Assembly: GCA_040393445.1 (NCBI GenBank)
Contig: JBEBUB010000001.1
Location: 1 to 45,421 of the forward strand
Origin: Flavobacterium beibuense
GTDB lineage: Bacteria > Bacteroidota > Bacteroidia > Flavobacteriales > Flavobacteriaceae
Direction of reading: 5' to 3'
DNA: 45,421 nt
The notes below the pieces were generated by a model, which had not been told where the DNA came from, did not search any database, and saw nothing but the letters and a program-made list of their open reading frames with translations. The translations under genes and the position numbers were made by a program. Shown piece after piece: positions 19,827 through 28,412 of this stretch (its first letter is position 1; each line of letters opens with the position of its first letter).

Positions 19827-20369
19827 ATGAAAAATTTATATAAAATAACAGCTCTGGCAGCTTTGTCTGTAACGGTTGTTTCGTGTTTTAGCGAAAATAA
19901 GCCGAACTATCAGTTTTTTCCAAACATGTATGAGTCGGTAGCTTATGAGACCTATTCAGAATCGGCTGCATTTGCTAATGGAAAAGAAGGTCAACTTCCG
20001 GCAGAAGGAAGTATTCCTAGAGGTTTTGAGCCTTATGAATATGCTGACACTACAGAAGGATTAGAAGATGCAAGAGCTAATCTGGTATCTCCTTTGGCAG
20101 AAGGTGATTATAAGCCAGAAAAGGCAAAAGAGCTTTATACGATTTACTGTGCTGTTTGTCATGGTGATAAAGGAGACGGACAAGGTATTTTGGCAAAAAG
20201 AGAGAAATTCCTAGGGGTTCCTAATTATAATGAGAGACCTATTACAGAAGGGAGTGTTTTCCACGTTGCTACTTATGGTTTGAATTCCATGGGTTCATAC
20301 GCTAATCAGCTTAATCAAGCAGAGCGTTGGCAAGTTGCTCGTTATGTAATGAGTTTAAAAGAACAATAA
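19827..20369 (+). CDS. actE: alternative complex III subunit E (monoheme cytochrome c lipoprotein)
   Basis: Lipobox VVSC, CAVCH and a distal Met (SMGSY). Confidence 0.9.
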   Translation: MKNLYKITALAALSVTVVSCFSENKPNYQFFPNMYESVAYETYSESAAFANGKEGQLPAEGSIPRGFEPYEYADTTEGLEDARANLVSPLAEGDYKPEKAKELYTIYCAVCHGDKGDGQGILAKREKFLGVPNYNERPITEGSVFHVATYGLNSMGSYANQLNQAERWQVARYVMSLKEQ

Positions 20370-20397
20370 TAAATTGTAGAACATTATTTTTTCAGAT

Positions 20398-21714
20398 ATG
20401 TACACTTTTTCAGGTAAGCTAAAAACGCTTTCTTTCGTTTTGATGATAGTAGGAGCTTTGGGGATAGGATATAGTTTTATGTCTGCTCCAAAAACCACTC
20501 AAGACGTTGAGAAAATCTTAGAAGCAGAACATGCAGCACACCACCATGGAGCTGTAGCTCACGATGATCATCACCATGATGAAATTTCACACGCTGAGCA
20601 TCAAGAGCATGTAGAACACGTTTTGCATCAGCTATCAAATAAGCCATGGAGTGCTTTGTATGTGGCTTGTCTATTTTTCTTTTTGATTTCTGTTGGAGTA
20701 TTAGCATTCTACGCTATTCAACACGCTTCTCAGGCAGGTTGGTCTCCGGTAGTTTTCAGAGTAATGGAAGGTATAACGGCTTATATGTTGCCAGGAGCAA
20801 TCATTCTGTTTATCTTATTATTGCTTTCTGCAGGTCATTTTAACCACATCTTTGTTTGGATGGATGCAGATGTTGTGGCAAATGATAAAGTTATCCAAGG
20901 AAAAACAAGCTTTTTGAATATACCGTTCTTCTTGATTAGAGCAGCTGTTTTTATGGCAGGATGGTTACTATACCGTTTTGTTTCTAGAAAATACTCTTTG
21001 AGACAAGATAACGAACCTGAAAATGCAGGACTTATTCACAAAAAATTACTTAAAGCTTCTGCAGCGTTCTTAGTATTCTTTATTGTAACAGAATCAATCG
21101 CTGCTTGGGATTGGGTTATGTCTGTTGACCCACACTGGTACAGCACCCTTTTCGGATGGTATGTATTTGCTAGTTTCTTCGTAAGTGGTATTACTGTTAT
21201 TACTTTAATCACTATTTACTTGAAATCAAAAGGTCTTTTAGAATACGTAAATAAAAGCCATTTACATGACTTAGCGAAATTCATGTTTGCTATCAGTATT
21301 TTCTGGACTTACCTTTGGTTCTCTCAATTCATGCTAATTTGGTATTCTAACATTCCTGAGGAGGTTACTTACTTTATCCAAAGAATTGAAGACTATACTT
21401 TACCTTTCTTCGGAATGATGGCAATTAACCTTATCTTCCCACTTGTGGTATTGATGAGTGCAGATTTCAAACGTGTGAATTGGATTGTTGTTTTTGTCGG
21501 AATTGCTATTCTTTTTGGACACTATATGGATTTCTTCGTAATGATTATGCCAGCAACTGTTGGAGACCAATGGTTCATCGGTCTTCCAGAGATTAGTTCA
21601 GTAGCATTTTTCTTAGGATTGTTCATTTTTGTAGTGTTTAGTGCGCTAGCTAAATATCCTTTATTGGCTAAGAATAATCCGTTAATCGAAGAGAGTAAGC
21701 ATTTTCATTATTAA
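20398..21714 (+). CDS. actF: alternative complex III subunit F
   Basis: Multi-TM; WDWVMSVDPHWYST, HDLAK and QFMLIWYSNIPEE motifs. Confidence 0.9.
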   Translation: MYTFSGKLKTLSFVLMIVGALGIGYSFMSAPKTTQDVEKILEAEHAAHHHGAVAHDDHHHDEISHAEHQEHVEHVLHQLSNKPWSALYVACLFFFLISVGVLAFYAIQHASQAGWSPVVFRVMEGITAYMLPGAIILFILLLLSAGHFNHIFVWMDADVVANDKVIQGKTSFLNIPFFLIRAAVFMAGWLLYRFVSRKYSLRQDNEPENAGLIHKKLLKASAAFLVFFIVTESIAAWDWVMSVDPHWYSTLFGWYVFASFFVSGITVITLITIYLKSKGLLEYVNKSHLHDLAKFMFAISIFWTYLWFSQFMLIWYSNIPEEVTYFIQRIEDYTLPFFGMMAINLIFPLVVLMSADFKRVNWIVVFVGIAILFGHYMDFFVMIMPATVGDQWFIGLPEISSVAFFLGLFIFVVFSALAKYPLLAKNNPLIEESKHFHY

Positions 21715-21734
21715 TATTTTAAATGATATAACAG

Positions 21735-22871
21735 ATGACTAATTTGTTGATTTTTATAGTTCTAATTTTGTTGTGCATTACCGTTTGGCAAATGAAAAAA
21801 GTTTTCAATTTGGCACAAATGGGATCTGCAGGCAGAGATTCACAAATAGCCGATGCTAAAGACAATCGTGTCAACGGATATTTGATGGTAGGTTTTCTTA
21901 TCTTTATTTATGCACTTACTTTCTTATGCTTTATCAAATGGGGAGATCTTCCATTGTTAGATAATGCAGCTTCTGAGCATGGGCCAGGCATAGACAATCT
22001 AATGATTATATCATTTATAATGTTATTTGCCGTTCAATTTGTAACTCAGGCTTTATTACACTATTTTGCATACAAATACAGAGGGACTGAAGGACGAAAA
22101 GCATTATACTTTGCAGATAGTAACCGTTTAGAGGCTATCTGGACAATCATTCCAATCATTGCTTTAAGTATCTTGATTCTTTACGGATTATATACTTGGA
22201 ATAACGTAATGTTTGTGGATGAGGCAGACGAAGAAGATGCTATTTATATTGAGCTTTATGCAAAACAATTTAGCTGGGAAGCTCGTTATGCAGGAGAAGA
22301 TAATACGCTAGGAAAATCAAACGTTCGTTTCATTGAAGGAGTAAACTCAGTAGGAGTTGACCCTGCAGATCCAAATACTCAAGATGATATCCTTGTAAGA
22401 GAGTTACATTTACCAAAAGGAAAAAGAGTGATATTCAAAATCCGTTCTCAAGATGTGTTGCACTCTGCCTATATGCCACACTTTAGAGCACAAATGAACT
22501 GTGTTCCTGGTATGGTAACTCAATTCTCATTCATCCCAACGATGACAACTCAAGAGATGAGAGATACTCCGGAGATGAAGGATAAAGTAGCTAATATCAA
22601 CAAAATTAGAGGTCAAAAAAGTGCTGAACTTGCTAAAAAAGGAGAAGAAGCTCTAGACCCGTATGAGTTTGATTACTTATTGTTGTGTAACAAAATCTGT
22701 GGAGCTTCACACTATAACATGCAAATGAAAATTATAGTTGAAACTCAAGAAGAGTTTGACAAATGGATTGCACAACAACCAACATTAGGTTCAGTTCTTA
22801 ATCCTGTGGAGGAAGTAGAGGCAGCACCGGCAGAAGTAGTGGTAGATTCTACTGCAGTAGCTATTGAATAG
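21735..22871 (+). CDS. coxB: cytochrome c oxidase (aa3-type) subunit II
   Basis: LEAIWT, SQDVLHS and CuA ligands C-N-K-I-C-G-A-S-H-Y-N-M. Confidence 0.92.
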   Translation: MTNLLIFIVLILLCITVWQMKKVFNLAQMGSAGRDSQIADAKDNRVNGYLMVGFLIFIYALTFLCFIKWGDLPLLDNAASEHGPGIDNLMIISFIMLFAVQFVTQALLHYFAYKYRGTEGRKALYFADSNRLEAIWTIIPIIALSILILYGLYTWNNVMFVDEADEEDAIYIELYAKQFSWEARYAGEDNTLGKSNVRFIEGVNSVGVDPADPNTQDDILVRELHLPKGKRVIFKIRSQDVLHSAYMPHFRAQMNCVPGMVTQFSFIPTMTTQEMRDTPEMKDKVANINKIRGQKSAELAKKGEEALDPYEFDYLLLCNKICGASHYNMQMKIIVETQEEFDKWIAQQPTLGSVLNPVEEVEAAPAEVVVDSTAVAIE

Positions 22872-22913
22872 TAAAAAATAAGATTCGTTTTACAACATAT
22901 ATAATTTAAAAAT

Positions 22914-24701
22914 ATGTCAGCAACAGGACACGAAAATCACGAGGAACATCACCATCACAAAGATACCTTCATCACGAAGTATATCTTTAGTATAGACCAC
23001 AAGATGATTGCAAAACAATACCTTATTACCGGTATGATAATGGGTATTATTGGTATTGCGATGTCTATATTTTTCAGAATGCAGATAGCTTGGCCTGAAG
23101 AATCTTTCAAAGTATTTGAAATTTTCTTAGGTGAAAAAATGGCTCCGGGTGGAGTTATGAAAAACGATGCTTATCTGGCTTTGGTTACTATTCACGGTAC
23201 CATCATGGTGTTTTTCGTATTGACAGCAGGACTTTCTGGAACTTTCAGTAACTTATTGATTCCGCTTCAGATTGGAGCAAGAGATATGGCATCCGGATTT
23301 ATGAATATGATTTCATATTGGTTGTTCTTCCTTTCGTCTGTTATCATGGTAATTTCTCTATTTGTTGAGTCAGGACCAGCTTCAGCAGGATGGACAATTT
23401 ATCCTCCACTATCAGCTTTGCCTCAAGCAATTCCGGGTTCTGGATTAGGGATGACACTTTGGTTAGTATCTATGGCTATCTTCATCGCTTCTTCATTAAT
23501 GGGATCGTTGAACTACGTAGTTACTGTTCTTAACCTTAGAACTAAAGGAATGTCTATGACAAGACTTCCACTTACTATCTGGACGTTCTTTATCACAGCT
23601 ATTATCGGTATCGTATCGTTCCCTGTTCTTTTGTCTGCTGCTTTACTATTGCTTTTCGACAGAAGCTTCGGAACTTCATTCTTCCTTTCTGATATCTTTA
23701 TCGGAGGAGAAGTATTACACTACCAAGGAGGTTCTCCGGTATTATTCGAACACTTATTCTGGTTCTTAGGACACCCTGAGGTATATATCGTAATTCTTCC
23801 AGCGATGGGAATTGTTTCAGAAGTATTGGCTACAAACTCTCGTAAACCAATCTTCGGATACAGAGCGATGATTACTTCAGTATTAGCAATTGCTTTCTTG
23901 TCAACTATCGTATGGGGTCACCACATGTTCGTATCAGGTATGAACCCGTTCTTAGGATCTGTATTTACCTTTACAACATTGTTGATTGCGATTCCTTCGG
24001 CTGTAAAAGCGTTTAACTGGATTACTACTATTTGGAAAGGTAACTTACAGCTAAACCCGGCGATGTTATTCTCTATCGGAATGGTATCAACATTCATCAC
24101 TGGAGGTCTTACTGGAATTATCTTAGGAGATAGTGCACTAGATATTAACGTTCACGATACATATTTCGTTGTAGCTCACTTCCACTTAGTAATGGGTATT
24201 TCTGCTCTTTACGGAATGTTTGCAGGAATCTACCACTGGTTCCCTAGAATGTTTGGTCGTATGATGAATAAAACTTTAGGTTATGTTCACTTCTGGGTAA
24301 CTGCGATTTGTGCTTACGGAGTTTTCTTCCCAATGCACTTTATCGGATTAGCAGGTCTTCCAAGACGTTATTATACAAACACAGCATTCCCATTGTTTGA
24401 TGACTTACAAGATGTTAACGTAGTAATCACTGTATTTGCTATCGTTGGAGGTCTTTTCCAAATCGTATTCTTCTATAACTTCTTCTCAAGCATTTTCTAT
24501 GGTAAGAAAGCAGTTCAAAACCCATGGAAATCTACAACTTTGGAGTGGACAGCTCCTGTAGAGCACATCCACGGAAACTGGCCTGGAGCTATTCCTGAAG
24601 TACACCGTTGGGCTTATGATTACAGCAAACCGGGACATGAAGAAGATTTCGTTCCTCAAAACGTACCGATGAAAGAAGGCGAAGAAGTACTTCACCACTA
24701 A
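22914..24701 (+). CDS. coxA: cytochrome c oxidase subunit I, type A1
   Basis: TIHG, GARDMA (D-channel), GHPEVY, WGHH, AVKAFNW (K-channel), HDTYFVVAHFH and GLPRRY. Confidence 0.96.
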   Translation: MSATGHENHEEHHHHKDTFITKYIFSIDHKMIAKQYLITGMIMGIIGIAMSIFFRMQIAWPEESFKVFEIFLGEKMAPGGVMKNDAYLALVTIHGTIMVFFVLTAGLSGTFSNLLIPLQIGARDMASGFMNMISYWLFFLSSVIMVISLFVESGPASAGWTIYPPLSALPQAIPGSGLGMTLWLVSMAIFIASSLMGSLNYVVTVLNLRTKGMSMTRLPLTIWTFFITAIIGIVSFPVLLSAALLLLFDRSFGTSFFLSDIFIGGEVLHYQGGSPVLFEHLFWFLGHPEVYIVILPAMGIVSEVLATNSRKPIFGYRAMITSVLAIAFLSTIVWGHHMFVSGMNPFLGSVFTFTTLLIAIPSAVKAFNWITTIWKGNLQLNPAMLFSIGMVSTFITGGLTGIILGDSALDINVHDTYFVVAHFHLVMGISALYGMFAGIYHWFPRMFGRMMNKTLGYVHFWVTAICAYGVFFPMHFIGLAGLPRRYYTNTAFPLFDDLQDVNVVITVFAIVGGLFQIVFFYNFFSSIFYGKKAVQNPWKSTTLEWTAPVEHIHGNWPGAIPEVHRWAYDYSKPGHEEDFVPQNVPMKEGEEVLHH

Positions 24702-24719
24702 TTCAAAAATAAATAAAAT

Positions 24720-24752
24720 AAAAACCACCTTGAAAAAGGTGGTTTTTCGTTT
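24720..24752 (+). terminator. intrinsic terminator of the act-cox operon (bidirectional)
   Basis: AAAAACCACCTT-GAAA-AAGGTGGTTTTT between convergent genes. Confidence 0.9.
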
Positions 24753-24766
24753 TTTAAGGATTACTC

Positions 24767-25024
24767 TTAATAATTATTAGCTCCTGACAAAGCACTAAAG
24801 AACGCCATGCCAAAAAGAGGCATAATAATCAAGAACCATAGAATGATCATAATTAATGCAATAAGTAAGTTACCTTTTGCCCAATTTGAGCGCTCTTTGT
24901 TTCCATCGTTTCCGAAGGCCCAAACTAATAATAAAATCAATCCAACTAGCGGAAGTGAAGCTAAAAAGATTCTGATTGCCCAGTCTTTTACACTGGTTAC
25001 TTGAGATGTGTTTTGGTTTTCCAT
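24767..25024 (-). CDS. small 2-TM hypothetical membrane protein
   Basis: 85 aa; SVKDW..LPLVGLILLLVWAFG...N.ERSNWAK pattern of a widespread small membrane protein. Confidence 0.75.
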   Translation of the reverse strand: MENQNTSQVTSVKDWAIRIFLASLPLVGLILLLVWAFGNDGNKERSNWAKGNLLIALIMIILWFLIIMPLFGMAFFSALSGANNY

Positions 25025-25171
25025 AGGGGTTAATTTTTAATGTTTTAGCTAAGATAGAAATTATTTCTTCTCTTCTATCACATTGTTAATATTTTGTAAA
25101 TATCTTAGTGTCAATGATGTGGGTTTTCTGTCTAATATGTAGTTAATTTTATCAAAATCCTTTCAATAATG

Positions 25172-25179
25172 TATATTTG
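25172..25179 (+). promoter_or_regulatory. -7 promoter element of the ChaN-family gene
   Basis: TATATTTG 18 nt before the ATG. Confidence 0.6.
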
Positions 25180-25197
25180 TAACTCAAAATCAGTGTT

Positions 25198-26049
25198 ATG
25201 AAAAAATTAATTGTCTGGACTGTATTATTGTTTTCTTTTTCTGTTATGGCTCAAAATGGGCTAGCCTATCAACTGTTTGACAGTAAAGGGAAGAAAACAA
25301 GCTATAATAAACTGGTTAAAGCTTCAGAGAAAGCAGAATTAGTTCTCTTTGGTGAATTTCACGATAACCCGATTTCACATTGGTTACAACTCAAATTAAC
25401 TAAAGAACTACATCAGTCAAAATCTTTGGTTTTAGGTGCAGAGATGATAGAGCGAGACAATCAGCAACAGCTTAACCAATATTTGAAAGGTGAAATCAAC
25501 CAAAAAGGATTAGATACTTTAGCTCGTTTGTGGAACAATCATAAGACCGATTATAAACCACTTGTGGATTTTGCAAAAGACAATCAACTTGCTTTTGTGG
25601 CGACCAACATTCCCAGACGTTATGCAAGTATGGTTTATAGAGGTGGTTTTGAAGCTTTAGAGGCACTTTCTCCTGAAGAAAAGGTTTGGATAGCTCCATT
25701 GCCTGTAAAATACGATGCATCGCTTTCGCAATATCAACAAATGTTAGAGATGGCTCAAGGTCATGGAGGCGATAAACTTCCGAAAGCTCAAGCCATAAAA
25801 GATGCTACGATGGCTTATTCTATAGTAGAAAATTTAAAGCCTAATTCGATTTTTATTCACTATCATGGGAGTTATCACAGTGACTTTTATGAAGGGATTT
25901 ATTGGTACGTAAAACAAGAACGACCTGAATTGAAAATTGTCACTATTGCTACGGTTACACAAAAAAGCCTTTCCCAACTCGAAAAAGAGCATTTAGGAAA
26001 GGCCGATTTTATCTTGGTGGTCGATGAGGATATGACCAAAACCTACTAA
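25198..26049 (+). CDS. ChaN / Cofac_haem_bdg family exported protein
   Basis: Signal peptide; FGEFHD, EM.ERD.Q, DYKPL, ATNIPR, AQ.IKDATMA and GSYHS motifs. Confidence 0.8.
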   Translation: MKKLIVWTVLLFSFSVMAQNGLAYQLFDSKGKKTSYNKLVKASEKAELVLFGEFHDNPISHWLQLKLTKELHQSKSLVLGAEMIERDNQQQLNQYLKGEINQKGLDTLARLWNNHKTDYKPLVDFAKDNQLAFVATNIPRRYASMVYRGGFEALEALSPEEKVWIAPLPVKYDASLSQYQQMLEMAQGHGGDKLPKAQAIKDATMAYSIVENLKPNSIFIHYHGSYHSDFYEGIYWYVKQERPELKIVTIATVTQKSLSQLEKEHLGKADFILVVDEDMTKTY

Positions 26050-26050
26050 G

Positions 26051-26443
26051 TTATTTTAAAGGTTTTTCTGTAGCATCTTCTTCGTAAGAAACGAAAATGT
26101 TAATCCAGATGTTTCTGGATATTCTCATAATCACGCCATAGAAAACTACTAGTGTACCAATAATAGCCATTAGTGAGTTAAAAAGGGAAGCTCCCAACAT
26201 CCAAAAACTGATTACAAAAGCAGCAAACCCAAAGGCAATTCCCACCCCATAACTCACATACATAGCGCCATAAAAGAACCCGGGTTCAATCATGTAATGT
26301 TGCCCACAGTGAGAACATTTTTCATGCATTTTGGCAGCTTTAAGAATGTTAAACGGATTTTTACTGAGATACATGCTTTCGCTTTGGCATCGAGGGCAGT
26401 TTCCGTTAAGAATACTGTTTAATTTTGAGCCTTTTTTACACAT
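26051..26443 (-). CDS. DUF983 family Zn-ribbon membrane protein
   Basis: CPRC...CSHC, EPGFFYGAMYVSY and two TMs; start moved to ATG 26443. Confidence 0.85.
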   Translation of the reverse strand: MCKKGSKLNSILNGNCPRCQSESMYLSKNPFNILKAAKMHEKCSHCGQHYMIEPGFFYGAMYVSYGVGIAFGFAAFVISFWMLGASLFNSLMAIIGTLVVFYGVIMRISRNIWINIFVSYEEDATEKPLK

Positions 26444-26457
26444 AACAGAATTTTTTA

Positions 26458-26478
26458 CAAAGGTAAGTGTTACCTTTG
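26458..26478. promoter_or_regulatory. back-to-back divergent -7 elements forming a palindrome
   Basis: CAAAGGTAA-GTG-TTACCTTTG gives TACCTTTG on both strands. Confidence 0.65.
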
Positions 26479-26505
26479 CCACTCTGAAATTTTTAAGGAT
26501 AAAAA

Positions 26506-28410
26506 ATGCTTAATATTTATAATTTATCGGTTGCTTTTGGGGGCGAATACCTCTTCGAAGAGGTTACGTTCCGATTAGGAGCTGGAGATAGGGTAGGTCT
26601 TGTCGGAAAGAACGGAGCAGGAAAGTCTACCATGCTCAAACTCTTGTCAAAAGAAATGCAACCCGATAGCGGAACCATTGCAGCAGAAAAAGAGATAAAA
26701 ATTGGTTTTCTGAAGCAAGATATTGATTTCGTAAAAGGCCGAACAGTGCTCGATGAAGCTTATCAAGCTTTTGAGGAAATCAAAAAAGCTGAAAAGCGCT
26801 TGCAAGAAATTAATCACGAGTTGGCTACCCGAACAGATTATGAAAGTGAAGCGTACTCTAAACTTATCGAAGATTTAAGCGATGTCACTCACCATTATGA
26901 AATTATTGGTGGTTATAATTACGTTGGAGATACAGAAAAAATCTTGTTAGGACTTGGTTTCAAAAGAGAAGATTTCGACAAGCTAACAGATACTTTTTCG
27001 GGTGGGTGGCGAATGAGAATTGAATTGGCTAAACTACTCTTGCAAAATAACGACGTGTTGCTTCTGGATGAGCCAACCAACCACTTGGATATCGAGAGTA
27101 TCATTTGGTTAGAAAACTTCTTGAAAAACTACCCGGGAGTAGTTGTTATCGTATCTCACGATAAAATGTTCTTGGATAACGTAACCAACAGAACTATTGA
27201 AATTTCTCTCGGGAAAGCTTATGATTTCAACAAACCCTATTCTCAGTATTTGGAGTTGAGGCAAGAAATCAGAGAGAAACAATTAGCTACTCAAAAGAAT
27301 CAAGAGAAAAAAATTGAACAAACCGAAAAGCTGATTGAAAAGTTTAGAGCCAAAGCTTCAAAAGCTTCGATGGCACAATCGCTTATCAAAAAGCTAGATA
27401 AAATCGAGCGAATTGAAGTCGATGAAGACGACAATTCCGTAATGGCAGTTTCGTTTCCGGTTTCGATAACTCCGGGAAGGGTAGTTGTTGAGGCAGTAAA
27501 CGTAACTAAAAAATATGGTGATAAAACCATTCTAAAAGATATTTCGTTGCTTGTCGAAAGAGGTAGCAAAATTGCCTTTGTCGGACAAAACGGACAAGGA
27601 AAATCAACCTTCTTGAAAGCTATCGTTAATGAATTTGAATTCGAAGGAAGCATCAAGTTAGGGCACAACGTTCAGCTCGGTTATTTTGCCCAAAATCAAG
27701 CGGATTATCTTGACGGAGAGATTACTCTTTTGGAAACGATGGAAAATGCAGCCAGCGACCACAATCGTTCAAAAGTGAGAGATATGTTAGGTGCTTTCCT
27801 TTTTAGAGGAGATGACGTTCATAAAAAAGTAAAAGTGCTTTCCGGAGGAGAGCGTAATCGCTTGGCTTTGTGTAAAATGCTTTTGCAGCCTATAAACGTT
27901 CTTGTGATGGATGAACCTACGAATCACTTAGATATCAAGTCGAAAAACGTATTGAAAGCGGCTTTGCAGAAATTCGAAGGAACCTTGCTTTTGGTTTCTC
28001 ACGATAGGGATTTCCTTCAAGGGCTTTCGAATGTGGTTTATGAATTCAAAGACCAGAAAATTAAAGAATATTTGGGTGATATCAACTTCTATTTAGAACA
28101 AAGAAAAGTTGATAACATGCGTGAGATTGAGAAGAAAGATGTAGTTGTAAAACAGCCTGTAAAGCAAGAAAAAAATCTTTCTTTCGAAGAACAAAAGCAG
28201 AAAAAATCACTTCAAAATCGTTTGAGCAAGATTGAAAGCGAAATTCAAAATCTTGAAAAACAAATCGCTCAAGAAGATAAATTATTGGCTGAGAATTACG
28301 AAAAAATGATGAATGATATGTCGTTTTTCAAAGCTTACGAAAAGAAGAAAAAAGATTTAGAAAACCTTCTTAACGAATGGGAAACTGTTCAGATGGAATT
28401 AGAAGGATAA
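26506..28410 (+). CDS. ABC-F family ATPase (ribosome-associated, YheS/Uup-like)
   Basis: Two ABC domains (GKNGAGKST/FSGGW/LDEPTNHLD and GQNGQGKST/LSGGE/MDEPTNHLD), interdomain linker, C-terminal coiled coil and no TMs. Confidence 0.92.
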   Translation: MLNIYNLSVAFGGEYLFEEVTFRLGAGDRVGLVGKNGAGKSTMLKLLSKEMQPDSGTIAAEKEIKIGFLKQDIDFVKGRTVLDEAYQAFEEIKKAEKRLQEINHELATRTDYESEAYSKLIEDLSDVTHHYEIIGGYNYVGDTEKILLGLGFKREDFDKLTDTFSGGWRMRIELAKLLLQNNDVLLLDEPTNHLDIESIIWLENFLKNYPGVVVIVSHDKMFLDNVTNRTIEISLGKAYDFNKPYSQYLELRQEIREKQLATQKNQEKKIEQTEKLIEKFRAKASKASMAQSLIKKLDKIERIEVDEDDNSVMAVSFPVSITPGRVVVEAVNVTKKYGDKTILKDISLLVERGSKIAFVGQNGQGKSTFLKAIVNEFEFEGSIKLGHNVQLGYFAQNQADYLDGEITLLETMENAASDHNRSKVRDMLGAFLFRGDDVHKKVKVLSGGERNRLALCKMLLQPINVLVMDEPTNHLDIKSKNVLKAALQKFEGTLLLVSHDRDFLQGLSNVVYEFKDQKIKEYLGDINFYLEQRKVDNMREIEKKDVVVKQPVKQEKNLSFEEQKQKKSLQNRLSKIESEIQNLEKQIAQEDKLLAENYEKMMNDMSFFKAYEKKKKDLENLLNEWETVQMELEG

Positions 28411-28412
28411 AA

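Noticed and set aside
25025-26049. ChaN gene as part of a Fur-regulated heme uptake system
   Set aside because: No TonB-dependent receptor is nearby and I see no Fur-like palindrome upstream.
26506-28410. ABC-F as an antibiotic resistance (ARE) gene
   Set aside because: Core-genome context, no leader peptide or attenuator and no mobility genes; it fits a housekeeping ABC-F. A phylogeny would settle it.
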